The notes beneath the pieces are model-generated. The model made no database searches, had not been told where the DNA came from, and saw only the letters and a list, made by a program, of their open reading frames with translations. A DNA stretch of 64,000 nt from positions 9,734,001 through 9,798,000 of the forward strand of contig OZ249452.1 in assembly GCA_965235115.1 (NCBI GenBank), read 5' to 3'. Source of the DNA: Laetmonice hystrix (lineage: Eukaryota). A program made the translations under genes and the position numbers. Below, piece after piece: positions 13,318-24,626 of this stretch (position 1 is the stretch's first letter; the number at the start of each line of letters is the position of its first letter).

Positions 13318-14627
13318 GTAAGGTCTTCCAACATGAATTCCATACTCACAGGCGTTACTATCAAATGAATCTCTATAAAGTTTGCATTATCCATAAAAAG
13401 AAAAGGATTTTTTACTTTTTGTGAATTTTGTTTCGAAAGAGCTGACGTCTTGCGTAATCCTCAAGTTTTAATTTATTTTTTATTTTAATTTATAATGTCC
13501 TCAGCTGAATATTGTATAGCCTACATGTTTTTCTGTATGGCTGAAGTGGTTATTTTGGCCTTAGATTTGTTGAGCCACTAAATGAGTTGGTATTTTGTGT
13601 GTTTCACGTCATTCTCCTATTAAAGAGACATTTCCCATTAAGGCCAGTTTGGAGGAAAATGCCCAACATGTGGATTTCCAACTTTTTTTGTCGTTTTGAA
13701 GTTGAGATGTACGCTATTTACTGCGTGATACTTGGCATGGGAAATAAATACTTATTGACCAGGATTATTTTGTCTGCAGGCTTAAATAAAAGATCTACCC
13801 CCTCGTGAGAGAAGCGGCATTCTTAACAAGCCAGAAGTGATATCATGATTTTGTTGTTATTGGATATATTCAGCAGTCTATAGGAAAAGTGCCCCTATAA
13901 ATGTTCATTCAAAGCTAAGTACTTCACATTTGTACAGGGGGCAGTAAGCACGTCGAACAATGTGCTATGGGATGTTATTATTTCCTATACATGTTGCAAA
14001 ATATCTCAATTTTTATTAAACAATAATGATTGTCGTCAAATGTCTCATTAAAATGCTCTCGTGTCGATCGTTACAAGAACTCGAACTCATCCAAACCTGA
14101 TTTCGCACTGTCACAATGCATTGACATTAGCTCGTGATAAATGGACCAATTGACATAATATTTCCAGCGCATGCGCGTGTGAAGATCACAGAATATCAAT
14201 TGACACCGCAATCATTATTATGATTTGGATCATCCTATTTTACGCATCAAAATGCTATCAAAGGATTTTAAAGCATAATTTGGGTATCGAAAGATTTTGA
14301 AATTATTTTTGGCTAATGGATCGCTTTAGAAAGTATGGCTGCTTCGTCGGAGCCATTCTGACGACTAGATCTTAAGAGAACGACCCTGAGTGGTGTTTTT
14401 TAAGGATCTGGTCTCAATTAGGATTCAAACCCACAAATTGACGACGATCACTGACGCCAGTCGGGAACACACGAGCCATTTGATCTTTGAAGTCACAAAG
14501 AGGACGGATTGAAATTCTTGGTCGGCAAGTAATTGGAAGGTATCATGTTCGTTTCCAAGTTCAAGTCGAATGTTTTTATTCCGATTCCGCCTTTTCTCTC
14601 TCCCGTTTTCCATTTCTCTTGTGATAG

Positions 14628-14735
14628 TTATGACATTTTTAATACATCATATTGGCAACAATATGCGAATGGAATGATGGGAGCAGCTGGTACGTTTACT
14701 GTAGGGGACGGTGGCACATCTAATACCTACACCCG
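14628..14735 (+). CDS. Candidate internal exon YDIFNTSYWQQYANGMMGAAGTFTVGDGGTSNTYT, 108 nt, phase 2-2
   Basis: Long polypyrimidine tract then GATAG|; donor CG|GTAGGT; symmetrical phase; only one frame open. Family not recognised. Confidence 0.55.
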
Positions 14736-14773
14736 GTAGGTATTATATCTAGATAATAATAACCTCCCTGGTC

Positions 14774-15016
14774 GCGAATTTCTTTTCCTAAACAGGTTTG
14801 CCATGACGCTTGGAGTCAAATGGTTCCAAAAGGGTTAGAGTTAGGGTTAGAGTTAGGGATAGCATTGGTTATTAACTCTTAGGGATTTACGGTTAGTTAG
14901 GGATAAGGATAGTAATAGTTCAACAGAGTTGAGAGCAGCTAGGCTAACTGTCACGTGCGTCTTACTCGGCATTTGATTGGACGAAATGGCAAACCTGTTT
15001 GGGGAAAAAAATTCGC
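14774..15016. mobile_element. MITE, about 31-bp TIRs, 9-bp TSD TCCCTGGTC (Mutator- or Merlin-like)
   Basis: GCGAATTTCTTTTCCTAAACAGGTTTGCCAT ... ATGGCAAACCTGTTTGGGGAAAAAAATTCGC; TSD at 14765-14773 and 15017-15025; internal GGGTTAGAGTTAGGGTTAG. Confidence 0.88.
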
Positions 15017-15290
15017 TCCCTGGTCACTATTATCAAGATAATAGTGACCTTCCCTTTATCAGATCTACCCTTCCATACTGGGCAGCGAAAGTCACCATGC
15101 CTATGATAGGTAACGGTGAGAACAACATTACTTGAACCCTTTCAATGGCAATATCAAACACCATATTGGCCTTCCAACGATAGCACACGAACAGAGGTAG
15201 TCGATGATTGAGAAATCTACAAGAAAACACGGAGCGCTATAGAACTTATGGAGGTACTGGAGACTGGCACCCCCGCCTCTTCTCATAACA

Positions 15291-15424
15291 CCTGGGCCCA
15301 GTTTTTCAAAAATACTAACAGGCTTCGGATTGGCTGGCCTAAGCAGCCGAGCCAATCAGAAGCCTGTTAGTTTAAATAAGTAAGCTTTACTCAAGTTGAG
15401 AATTTTTGAAAAACTGGGCCCAGG
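15291..15424. mobile_element. Small palindromic MITE, probably PIF/Harbinger-type termini
   Basis: Perfect 23-bp inverted ends CCTGGGCCCAGTTTTTCAAAAAT / ATTTTTGAAAAACTGGGCCCAGG, plus inner CTAACAGGCTTCGGATTGGCT / AGCCAATCAGAAGCCTGTTAG. Confidence 0.85.
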
Positions 15425-15665
15425 CGGACGCCCCCTGCGTCTGTATCTCAGGACTTGGACAATGAAAGTTTAAACTCGCTCATTTTTAGGGGCTCACGTC
15501 ACACCCAAGCTACTTTATAATTGTAAACACTATAAATGTGTAATATGCAAAAGTTGTTAATGGAGAATGGCGTGAATTGATACGAAAGTGATATGAAATG
15601 TGTTAAGCAGTTGTAAACGGAATGATTTCTGATGTGAATGAAGGGTGAGCACAAATTTAACTAAG

Positions 15666-15790
15666 TACAGGGTGGTCCAAAGAAAGTGCCCATATTTTAA
15701 TTTAACCGCATTTTTGAAAGATAATTCCAAATCTTTTTACCAAATGTCTGTTATAGATAGGCAATTCATCCCTCCATTTTTTTTTGTAAG
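15666..15790 (+). mobile_element. Possible isolated Tc1/mariner-type terminus
   Basis: TA|CAGGGTGGTCCAAAGAAAGTGCCC is a typical Tc1-family end; no partner end found. Confidence 0.35.
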
Positions 15791-15916
15791 AATGCACTTA
15801 GTCTTTCTGAGTCAAATGTAATGAACATCTAACAAGCCTCTATGCTGGTTCCCAACCCCTGGATTCTCACTGCCAATATTGTAACAAAACGAATAAGGAG
15901 TCGCTTCCAGCTGGTT

Positions 15917-15920
<4 letters not shown>

Positions 15921-15986
<66 letters not shown>
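15921..15986. repeat. (CT)n microsatellite
   Basis: Perfect (CT)33. Confidence 0.98.
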
Positions 15987-15990
<4 letters not shown>

Positions 15991-17515
15991 CTCTCTCATA
16001 GAGTTAGGCCTGCCATTATCATCATAATCGCCTCTTCCCTGACTGAGATGGCACAAAGCTGTCACTTACGGTAGACATTTCGTTGGAATGGTGCGTGTCC
16101 CCTCCCCCCAAACAAGTACACCCAAATGACTGGACCCCCTGATCGTTGCCCCAAGCATTGGTAGACCCCCGTGCCCCCCACCCACCCACTCACCCACTCT
16201 CAGTCCACTAAGCTGTATAGTCACATCAGAGGCCCTTTTAAGGCATTTCATCGCCTCCACCCATTAAATCAAGGCACAACGACATTTTTTGACAGTCATC
16301 TACTCGGGGTTCATTCTATAGTATCGGCCAACCTAAGGAAGCTCGAATCTTTCCAGAACCCCTGAGGGACATCTGCTCATGCACAATAAATAATAACGCT
16401 TAGAAAGACTTTCTACAGTAACGCTGTCCACATGACCTTTCGGAGAACCCGCAAAGGAAGGCCGCGCCATCGGGACACGAGATTTATGTCTCTCGTTTAC
16501 GTTCTCTACAAACGTAAGCAATATTTTCATTACGTGCAAGGAAGTCCGAACCTTGGAGCACTCCTTTTGCCTAACTCTGGACGCTGCCGATAGGGGGCGT
16601 AACGTCGCGACTGGAATTTCGCGACGTCAACAGAACGGCGGGACGCTTCACGTTGTCTCGCGTTGCCCATCGACCCGACTTTATCTTACAGCGAGTCGAT
16701 ACCAGCTCATGTTTAGCAGAGACACTGAACCTATGACGATAATCTCTCAGAACAGTGTCCAGAATGTACATTTCTGCATATCGTAGGCAACATCATCTCA
16801 GGACAAAACCTGATAGATACATGGAAGAGGGGGGAAATCGTTGTGCACATTTTTTTGTTAGCGTTGTTATCAATGATGATGCCATGATGACTAGTAGCCT
16901 CGAGTTCGCATGCAATCCTCGTTTTACGACACGGCAAGCACGCAAAGGGACAGTTGCAGAACAACAATAAAAACAAGTACGGCATCCTATAATAAATAAG
17001 TCTGCTAGTGGTTTCTCACAGACGTACGCGCTATCATTCGTTGCAATCAGCAAGAAAAATGAAAATCGACTCTTCTCAGGCGAGTGATTTTTTTCGGAGT
17101 TTATGCACGTGTTAGGCTGCTTTGAAGTTAGTTGAGATGGATGAAAGGGCTATAGTTCTGCCATAGAACAAGTTATGAATCGAATATATGGATTGAAAAG
17201 ATGGACATGCTGGCATCGCGTTGTGACATGGGACGTATAAATGAGAAGTGCCATACATTCTTGTATATGCAAACTCTATACGCGGACCTTGATGTTGCTT
17301 TGGCGACAGGTGGGTTCGCTCCCACTGAAACCCTCCGGAACTTTTTATAACCAAGTCGCGTATCATTCGGTCTCTCTCCTCCTGTAAAGATTGTCATTTG
17401 GTTTCACGACACCAGTCTCTTGTTCCTGTAAGATAGTTTGTCGGATACTTTCTACAGGTCGATAGTTACCTCCGGATACTACGATTTCCTCCACCAACCA
17501 GGCAGGCAAACTCAC

Positions 17516-17587
17516 ACTGCATGTGCAATAATTTTGACAACATGGTGCTAATTCGTAAAATACGACCTTAGTACCATCGACTTCCAT
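17516..17587 (-). CDS. Candidate exon MEVDGTKVVFYELAPCCQNYCTCS (phase 0-0)
   Basis: Donor AGT|GTGAGT is strong; the acceptor (AATAG|) has a poor pyrimidine tract. Phase compatible with 18389-18466. Confidence 0.25.
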
Positions 17588-18388
17588 CTATTTTCCCCCG
17601 AAAGATGACAATGCGTTGACTTCTATTGTCAATGTAACTGACGAACATTAGTTAAAAAAAGCAATGGCAAAAAAAAGTGCAGACGAATAGTGGCCCAAGA
17701 GTCGGGTTTGGGCAGAGATTGTCTTATTAAAAGACGACAGCACGACACTCAATCCTGTATAACCCTGTGAAAAGGTGTTATATTATTCCAACATACACGG
17801 TATAATATACACATATTGCATTATACCAGGTTAAGCATACACCTGTGTACGTATTAAATATCAAGGAAATATGTAGACAATTTTCTTTTTTCCTGAAATA
17901 TATGTCTGTGCATATCGTAATATCAGTATGGGTGAATGTGTGTGGGCGCAGCTGTAGACTTCTATAAGTTTTGACAAATCTGTCGGGCCTACTTCCGTCT
18001 TCATATAGGCTAGAGATAATAGGTTGTAACGCGCTTTTGTACTCCTAAATTTGGACTGGAAAGGCCGGGTTTATTCGCCTAATGGTGGCATCGCCGCCGA
18101 TTATAGACGGGCGTTCGGAAGAGAAATTACGGGTTTATGTCGTCAGGGTTTGTGAATCATCTACTGATCAGGTAGGGTCCAACTATGGCTACTTGTTCAG
18201 TCGGTTCCGAGACGGCTTCACCTTGGTCGTACAACTGGGAGTGAGGCACGTGCTGAGGAAACGCCACCTGCATCGGTCTGCGTTTCACGTCAGTCGTAGC
18301 GCGCTGAAGACGCGGTGACGTTACGTTAAACACGTCACCACTCCGTCTTGGGCCTGTCCTGGTCATAACTGTGTCTGAGTCTACTCAC

Positions 18389-18466
18389 TCTCTTTGACTT
18401 GTCGTTACGGAACGTCTGTCCTGCCATACACAACCCCCCTCCCCCCTCCCCCACCACCATTGCCAT
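18389..18466 (-). CDS. Candidate first coding exon MAMVVGEGGGGLCMAGQTFRNDKSKR
   Basis: AAG-ATG-G start, donor AGA|GTGAGT, upstream CCAAT and GC box at about 18773-18823. The + strand ORF 18394-18657 is a competing reading. Confidence 0.28.
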
Positions 18467-20703
18467 CTTATGCTTATGGCTCGCTCTTCAAAACCGCTCT
18501 TGCACGTGACTGTACAGCAGCAGCCAGTACTGGTGGCATCATCAACGGGATATCTGCGTCCGCATCGCCATATTTCACCGCCAGTGTAGCAAGCCGCAGC
18601 GGCAGCAGCAGCAGCAGTGCGGTGGGCGGCCTGACTCCGACGTGTGCTGGTGCTTAGCACCCATGTTCACATGCTTCCCGGCTAGGTGCGGTAAAATCCA
18701 ACAGATTCGGCGATGGGACGAGAAGCTGCCAAAGCTCGCGCCAGTCATCGGTAGTAGAGAGCCCAGCTAGAGCATTGGCTCTATGGTGGGTGGCCGGGTG
18801 AAAACCAGGTGAGGGGCGGGGACGGTGTGGGGAGGAGAGGACAGTCCAACACTGGCAGAACACCCTCGGCCCATCTCAACCAGAAAGGTAGGTCTACCTG
18901 CAATTCTATTTTAAAGCAATGCATCGTGCCCCCCCCCCCCAACCCAATTTTCCATCCTGAAATTGCTTGCGCATAGAGGAATTTGTTTTCTTGTTTTTGC
19001 TTTAAAAACCCTTGTCACCAGTGAAGCGTCACCCAGGGTAGACCGGGTGGTCAAAACGTTTAGCATCAGTTAGGCTGCAATTGCCTGTCGCCACAGGTGG
19101 GCGATCGGTCCACTGGGAGAAACACTTGTTATTGCCTACCGCCAACACATGCTCTCTCAGACGGTGGGGTATTTAGTGCTTCCTGCATAGTTTGCTCTTC
19201 GCCTTTATATTGGACAGGTATAGGCATACTTATCATAACCTACCAAAATTGTTTCCTTATTCTGGACCCTTGGTCAAAAAAGGTAAAAATTCCCGGAGCG
19301 ATTAACTTGGCCCGACTATCATTTAGCTGGACCCTCATGTAGACCTTTTCAGCAGAGGCATTTCACAAAGCGTTTTCAGGGTTCTCCCATTTTTAACCTG
19401 ACATTAGCCACGGTTAATAGGACAAAATGAAGAAAGAAGAATGAAAGAAAGAAAAAACAAACCATTTGATAATTATACTCACCGATGTACGGGAATTAAT
19501 ATTCGTGGGCTCAAAGTGATTATGTCCAAAGGTACGATTCTGAGAAGAAAATTAGTCTGAAGTTTTTAATGCTTCCATAAAATCAGAAAAGTTCAATCAA
19601 AAATGATAGTTTCCATACGTTTATAAGCCTTTGATAACAATAATGACTACAATAATGGGACCAAAAATGCCAAAATATGCCCCAAAACATGGACATAACC
19701 ATTTCTGGCAGCAACAAAGCTACATTTTAAATTTTCAATAGACAAATATTCAGGCGCAATAATTCGTATCCATAGAAAATACCTGGCAAAGCCATGAACA
19801 ATGAACATCAACTTTAATCAACACTAAAGTAATGCTCAACGTACATCTGGTGCATTGACCTAATGAGCCAGAATTGTCTATGTCCGAGATAGTCAGTTCT
19901 GGCCGCAACCATACACCAAGTAATGGACATAATCAACATCTTCTGGCAATGATTGGCTACAGCTAACGGGATGAGGACATAGACATTTAACAGTGACAGT
20001 ATGCACATAAATAATGATATGCTGGTGGTATTAACTCATTTTTCCCCAAAAATGGGCATGGTCACTTCTGCCATTGCTGTTTGAGGATAATTGTTGAATA
20101 CAAGTACAAATGTCGTTTTATTTCTCGGTTACAGGCTGGTGAAAGAAGACCGGAAACACAGAATACTGCCAATTATTATTATTATAGACATTTATAGACT
20201 CTAGTAGATGTTAGAAGTATGTAATGTCAGCATAATATAAACACAAACCCAGCACTACAAGCTTGTGTGTCGTGCTGCTGTCAGTGACACGGTGTGCATG
20301 CACTTGACAACATGACAGTGGTTTCGACCTCTGGTGTAGCAGGATAACGGAGCTGACCAAGAAACGCTCGGAACTTTGACGCGACGTCCTGACGTCAGCG
20401 AACCGTGTCGAGACCTTGTGGTTTGTTTACGCCAGCAAACGTGCCTCTGCCACAACGACTGCCATGACGCGCTGAGAGGCGTACGTCTTTTTATAGACCA
20501 TAAGCGCGAGTGAAAGATAAAACAGAACTGGAAGGAAGGCAGGAAGGACGGACTTGTCATCAAGAAAAAGGGCAGGAAAAGGCAAATACATCCCTTCCAG
20601 AATCAGGCCTTCGCTTTCTTTTGCTCCGCGCGGTCGCCGGACAATATTCCAGAAATCAAGAGCTCCTCAGCGCACAACCCTACTCCCTTCTCACTCTGTC
20701 GCC

Positions 20704-20764
20704 ATGGATACCGCAGCCTGGGTGGGCCGACTTCTTCTTCTCTTGGGCATCTTAATCCAGACAG
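20704..20764 (+). CDS. Gene A candidate exon 1: signal-peptide-like MDTAAWVGRLLLLLGILIQT(G), GC-AG intron follows
   Basis: Kozak GTCGCC-ATG-G; hydrophobic core RLLLLLGILI; ends CAG|GCAAGT, the consensus GC donor; phase 1. Confidence 0.6.
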
Positions 20765-22026
20765 GCAAGTTATTCTACCTCATCTGTAAAACTAATTTTT
20801 GTCGTTTCTCGAATAAATATGTTAGTACGTGCCTCTATGGTAGACTCTATAGCGAGTCTAGCTGTGTAATGTAGCCTTGATGGATACATATTTTTTTTAC
20901 ATTCGAGTTTGGTTCATACATCCCATTACCGATGTCGCGTAGGTGTGTGAAAGCATCCCATGACATCTATAGGGCGTGCCCCTGGGCGTCCCTCTGCTCC
21001 TGTACACGCCGCCATCTGGGTCGGGGACAGGATCTATTAGTCATATTAAAGCTACACGGCTATCGGATCCCAGGCAGACACAACCAGCGGGCATGAATAA
21101 ACATCGCCTTCCCCAACCATCAACACCAATCCTTATAGCATGGATGTATACATCTCCAATACCACTATTTCCAATACGTCAATAACCCATTCAAATACAT
21201 TTGTAATTTAAAGACTTTTAATTCAATAGAACCGCCTTTAGTTTTGTGATTTGAGTGGCACAAATTTAATTCGATCGTGGGAAATTGTCATCCCACTGGG
21301 CTGACATGGGACTGCGTTCTGTTTTTTTTTGTCTGTCATTACAGACAGATTAATCAGGAGAATAATATGAACGCTGTCTCGTAAGCCTGTGATGGCCAAC
21401 CCTATTACTGAGGCATCATCCCCAAACGTCACACACAAATTATCAGAACAGCGATACATTGACAGGAATCTGACGGCAGTAAAGCCCAGTTGACAAGCCA
21501 GGTATAATATACTATAATATATTATTATATTATAATTAACCTGAACTCAATTTAACCAAATTGAATTCAGCTTTACAGGTTGCCCCATGGAAAATCCATA
21601 CCCTTTACTTACTTTTATCATGAATGATAAATCCCCTTCCCTCTACAGTCCCGTTACCTGTGATGAAATTGATACCAATACTTGGGTTTCAATTTCATAT
21701 AAGATAAAACACGCCCACAAACATGCAGCATATACTGGGGTGTCTTTAGTGCTCTGTAAATTTAAATTGATAATTTCGGATGATTGAGATCATAATATCG
21801 GTCGTTCCTGTCACATTTAATCACGTCATCAATCCTCCATACTGTCCGGTTATGATAACAATCCTCCCATTTAGTCCAATGTATACGTGTGGTGTTGGGT
21901 TACAACTCGACCAACAATCGGACCTTTGGTACACGGAGTCTGATTCCGTTCTCCGATACCGACAAAATAGTGTCAGTAACCTTCACGTCTGATTTGTTTT
22001 AAAATGAGAAATTTAAAACCCCCTAG

Positions 22027-22055
22027 GTGTGCTTCCTTCTCCAATTGCCGAGGAG
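22027..22055 (+). CDS. Gene A candidate exon 2 (29-nt micro-exon, GVLPSPIAEE)
   Basis: CCCCCTAG| acceptor, perfect GAG|GTAAGT donor, phase 1 to 0 in frame with exon 1. Confidence 0.5.
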
Positions 22056-24626
22056 GTAAGTTTTCAACGTCAGTACATATTTTAAATCTACATTTTATAA
22101 TGTCACCTTCAGGGATAGAGTAATGTTTTGTCAGTTCGCTATATTATCATTAGTATATCCTTTGCGGTGAGCAGAAAATTTCATTTCATCAAACATGATC
22201 AAAGATATTTGGATGGTAATGTATATTTTATAGACTTACACATGATGTATTTTTTATTGCTTGTCCTGTTCTTTGTTAAATGTAACTCCATGAGGATTAA
22301 GATAAGGCAATGGTTCCATAAACGCGGGTTTATGGTCATCAAATTATGCCAGATGGTTTCGAATTCTCATACGAAAGAGTTGAATAACACCCCAAGCACC
22401 GTGGCGTAGATAAGGGGGGGCGTAAATAATAGAGATATACTTAGATATCTTACAGATAACGTCAGTTCGCGAAACCTAGGAATTTGTACCCACAAGGGGC
22501 CACCTGGTGGTGAACAAGCGAGTTTCTAATACGGCCACAGAGCACCTATTATGTTTATTATAGCCAACTAAGTAGGTCTCTTCCTAATCTTGGAAAAACT
22601 GTGTGTTACGAGGAAGGGGCGGCACATGCCCCAAGGCGCCCCCTTCCGCAACCTTGTAACAACTCTGACTGAACGAATCTATGAGCGCATTGACGTGCAA
22701 TTGGCGTAGGAACCACATTAATATAAAACTACAGCGACATTCTACATTCTTCCCAAAAGAATGATGGATTCCTTATTGTCAGAACCACTGCGACGATGCT
22801 CCGCGAAGCGATGGAGGCAAGCATGCGCAGTAGAGTGATCCTAGCGGTTCTCGGCATTGGTATCGAGGCACCCATCGAGGCCGCATTTGAGAAAACTGTC
22901 TGCACCAATATAGTACATGCTGCTTGGCCGTTAGTCCTCCAGGAATCTTTCTTTAAGAGAGTACACAGAAATTTGATACTAATGGATGTAGATCTAAGAC
23001 TTGCCCGCTGCTGGAAGGAGGCCACGTCATATTTAAACGGATTAACGTATTTATTTCCTCAACATTTCGTCATTCGATACAGTGCTAATTCGTTGTCTCC
23101 ATGGCACGACATAGTTCCGGATAATAATGTTTTCTGGGTTCGATATTTCGACAAGGTTTTAAAATTTGCCGAGACTCGCCGATCCGTGGCCCACCGAGTT
23201 AACTAAAGGCAATCTGACAACACCCATTTGACGCTTTCAGAACCAACAGGGACTCCCGGAATTCATTCTGGCTTTGCCTTCTGATTAAATAAACCGCGCC
23301 AACCAACACGACTCTGTATTAAAAGCAATGTGCAATACAAAGAGCGACTTTATTAGAGATAACAGTTATAGATAAAAAGGGAAGATTAAATGTATGAAGA
23401 GAAACCGGCAGGGCACCAGTGGCCTTCCTGTGGTTAGTGTTCGTGCCTATACACTGCAGTAATTCCGGTTCGGCGCAGGCCGTTTATTAAGTACCGTGCA
23501 TGAACTAGGCGGGATTCTCCCGGAAAAGTTACACGCATACGCCAATGTCGACATTAGAGGTCCGCTGGCTCATCGACCATTATAATACTGACATTGACGG
23601 AATAGAAGAGGGGGGGGGGGGGGTCCCATGCTATGCCGGAGGAGAAAGAGGGGGGAGGGGTGTGATGCATTGATATATGATTTGTTGTTGTACAGACGCA
23701 GAGACACGTTTCATCTATTATTAATAGACAGAGCCTGCGTGTATCATGTTCCATGATTATTAGACAACAGTTTTATTTATATAGCTAATAGGGTGATAGA
23801 TTGGCCACAATATAATATATGCTGGCGTGACGGGGGAGGGGGGTGGCCGTGCCTTACTGACGCAGCGGTATGGATCTAGCCACATATATACAATGTTTTC
23901 CCGATAAACGGATACGGGGTTCCCATTAAAGGCATCCTCCTATTTTTAATACATCAGGCCAGTGAATGGAGTCTACATGTGTCTATTGGTTTATCTTATC
24001 GTGTATCTCTATGGTTTATCTCTTCGTTATCTCTATGGTGGTGCTATGTTTTCCAATACTAATGGGGATTTATCAAATCGGAAACGTTTGGAAGCTGACA
24101 TTTTGAAAGCCGCCTACATATATGGGAGTGTATAACATCGCAAGTAGAGCGTATTGTTACGCGTGTGACGTCACGGTTATCTTTATAACGTAATTGAAAC
24201 TTTTATCGCATTTTCTAAAATGGTATAACGCACATGCGCAGTGAGAGCGAGGCCTTGCTCCATCTGGTTGTTCTGGTTGTACGTAAACCCCCTCAACTCC
24301 ATCAATCTGAAATAGGATATGTTATTTTCTTTTTACAACTCTGTGATAGATGGGTTTGAAATAAGGAAGCTTATCCTTTAAGCTGCGGTCCCAGCTCTTG
24401 GCTCGTTATTTTAATAAAATACCCGAGGACGCATCTCAATAATTTATCTCGATATATACGTGGCGGTAATACGTTAAAACAGGCGACATAGCTTTGGATT
24501 CTAAATCCTCTAAATTGTGAAACTTGACTTAAGAACTTTAAAAAAAGATCGCGGCAGTTTGTGCTTGGCTGCTAGAAAGGTCTAGAGATCGAATGACGAG
24601 TATGTTTCTCCGTACATGCCTTAATC

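Noticed and set aside
18394-18657. Pro/Ser/Ala-rich + strand ORF resembling a transcription factor C-terminus
   Set aside because: No credible acceptor upstream (in-frame TGA at 18376, no pyrimidine tract plus AG); low complexity can mimic coding.
22796-23206. 136-aa ORF
   Set aside because: No recognisable motif or convincing splice sites; length is within chance for 64 kb.
23412-23480. tRNA-like A/B box sequence
   Set aside because: Does not fold into a cloverleaf; at best a decayed SINE head.
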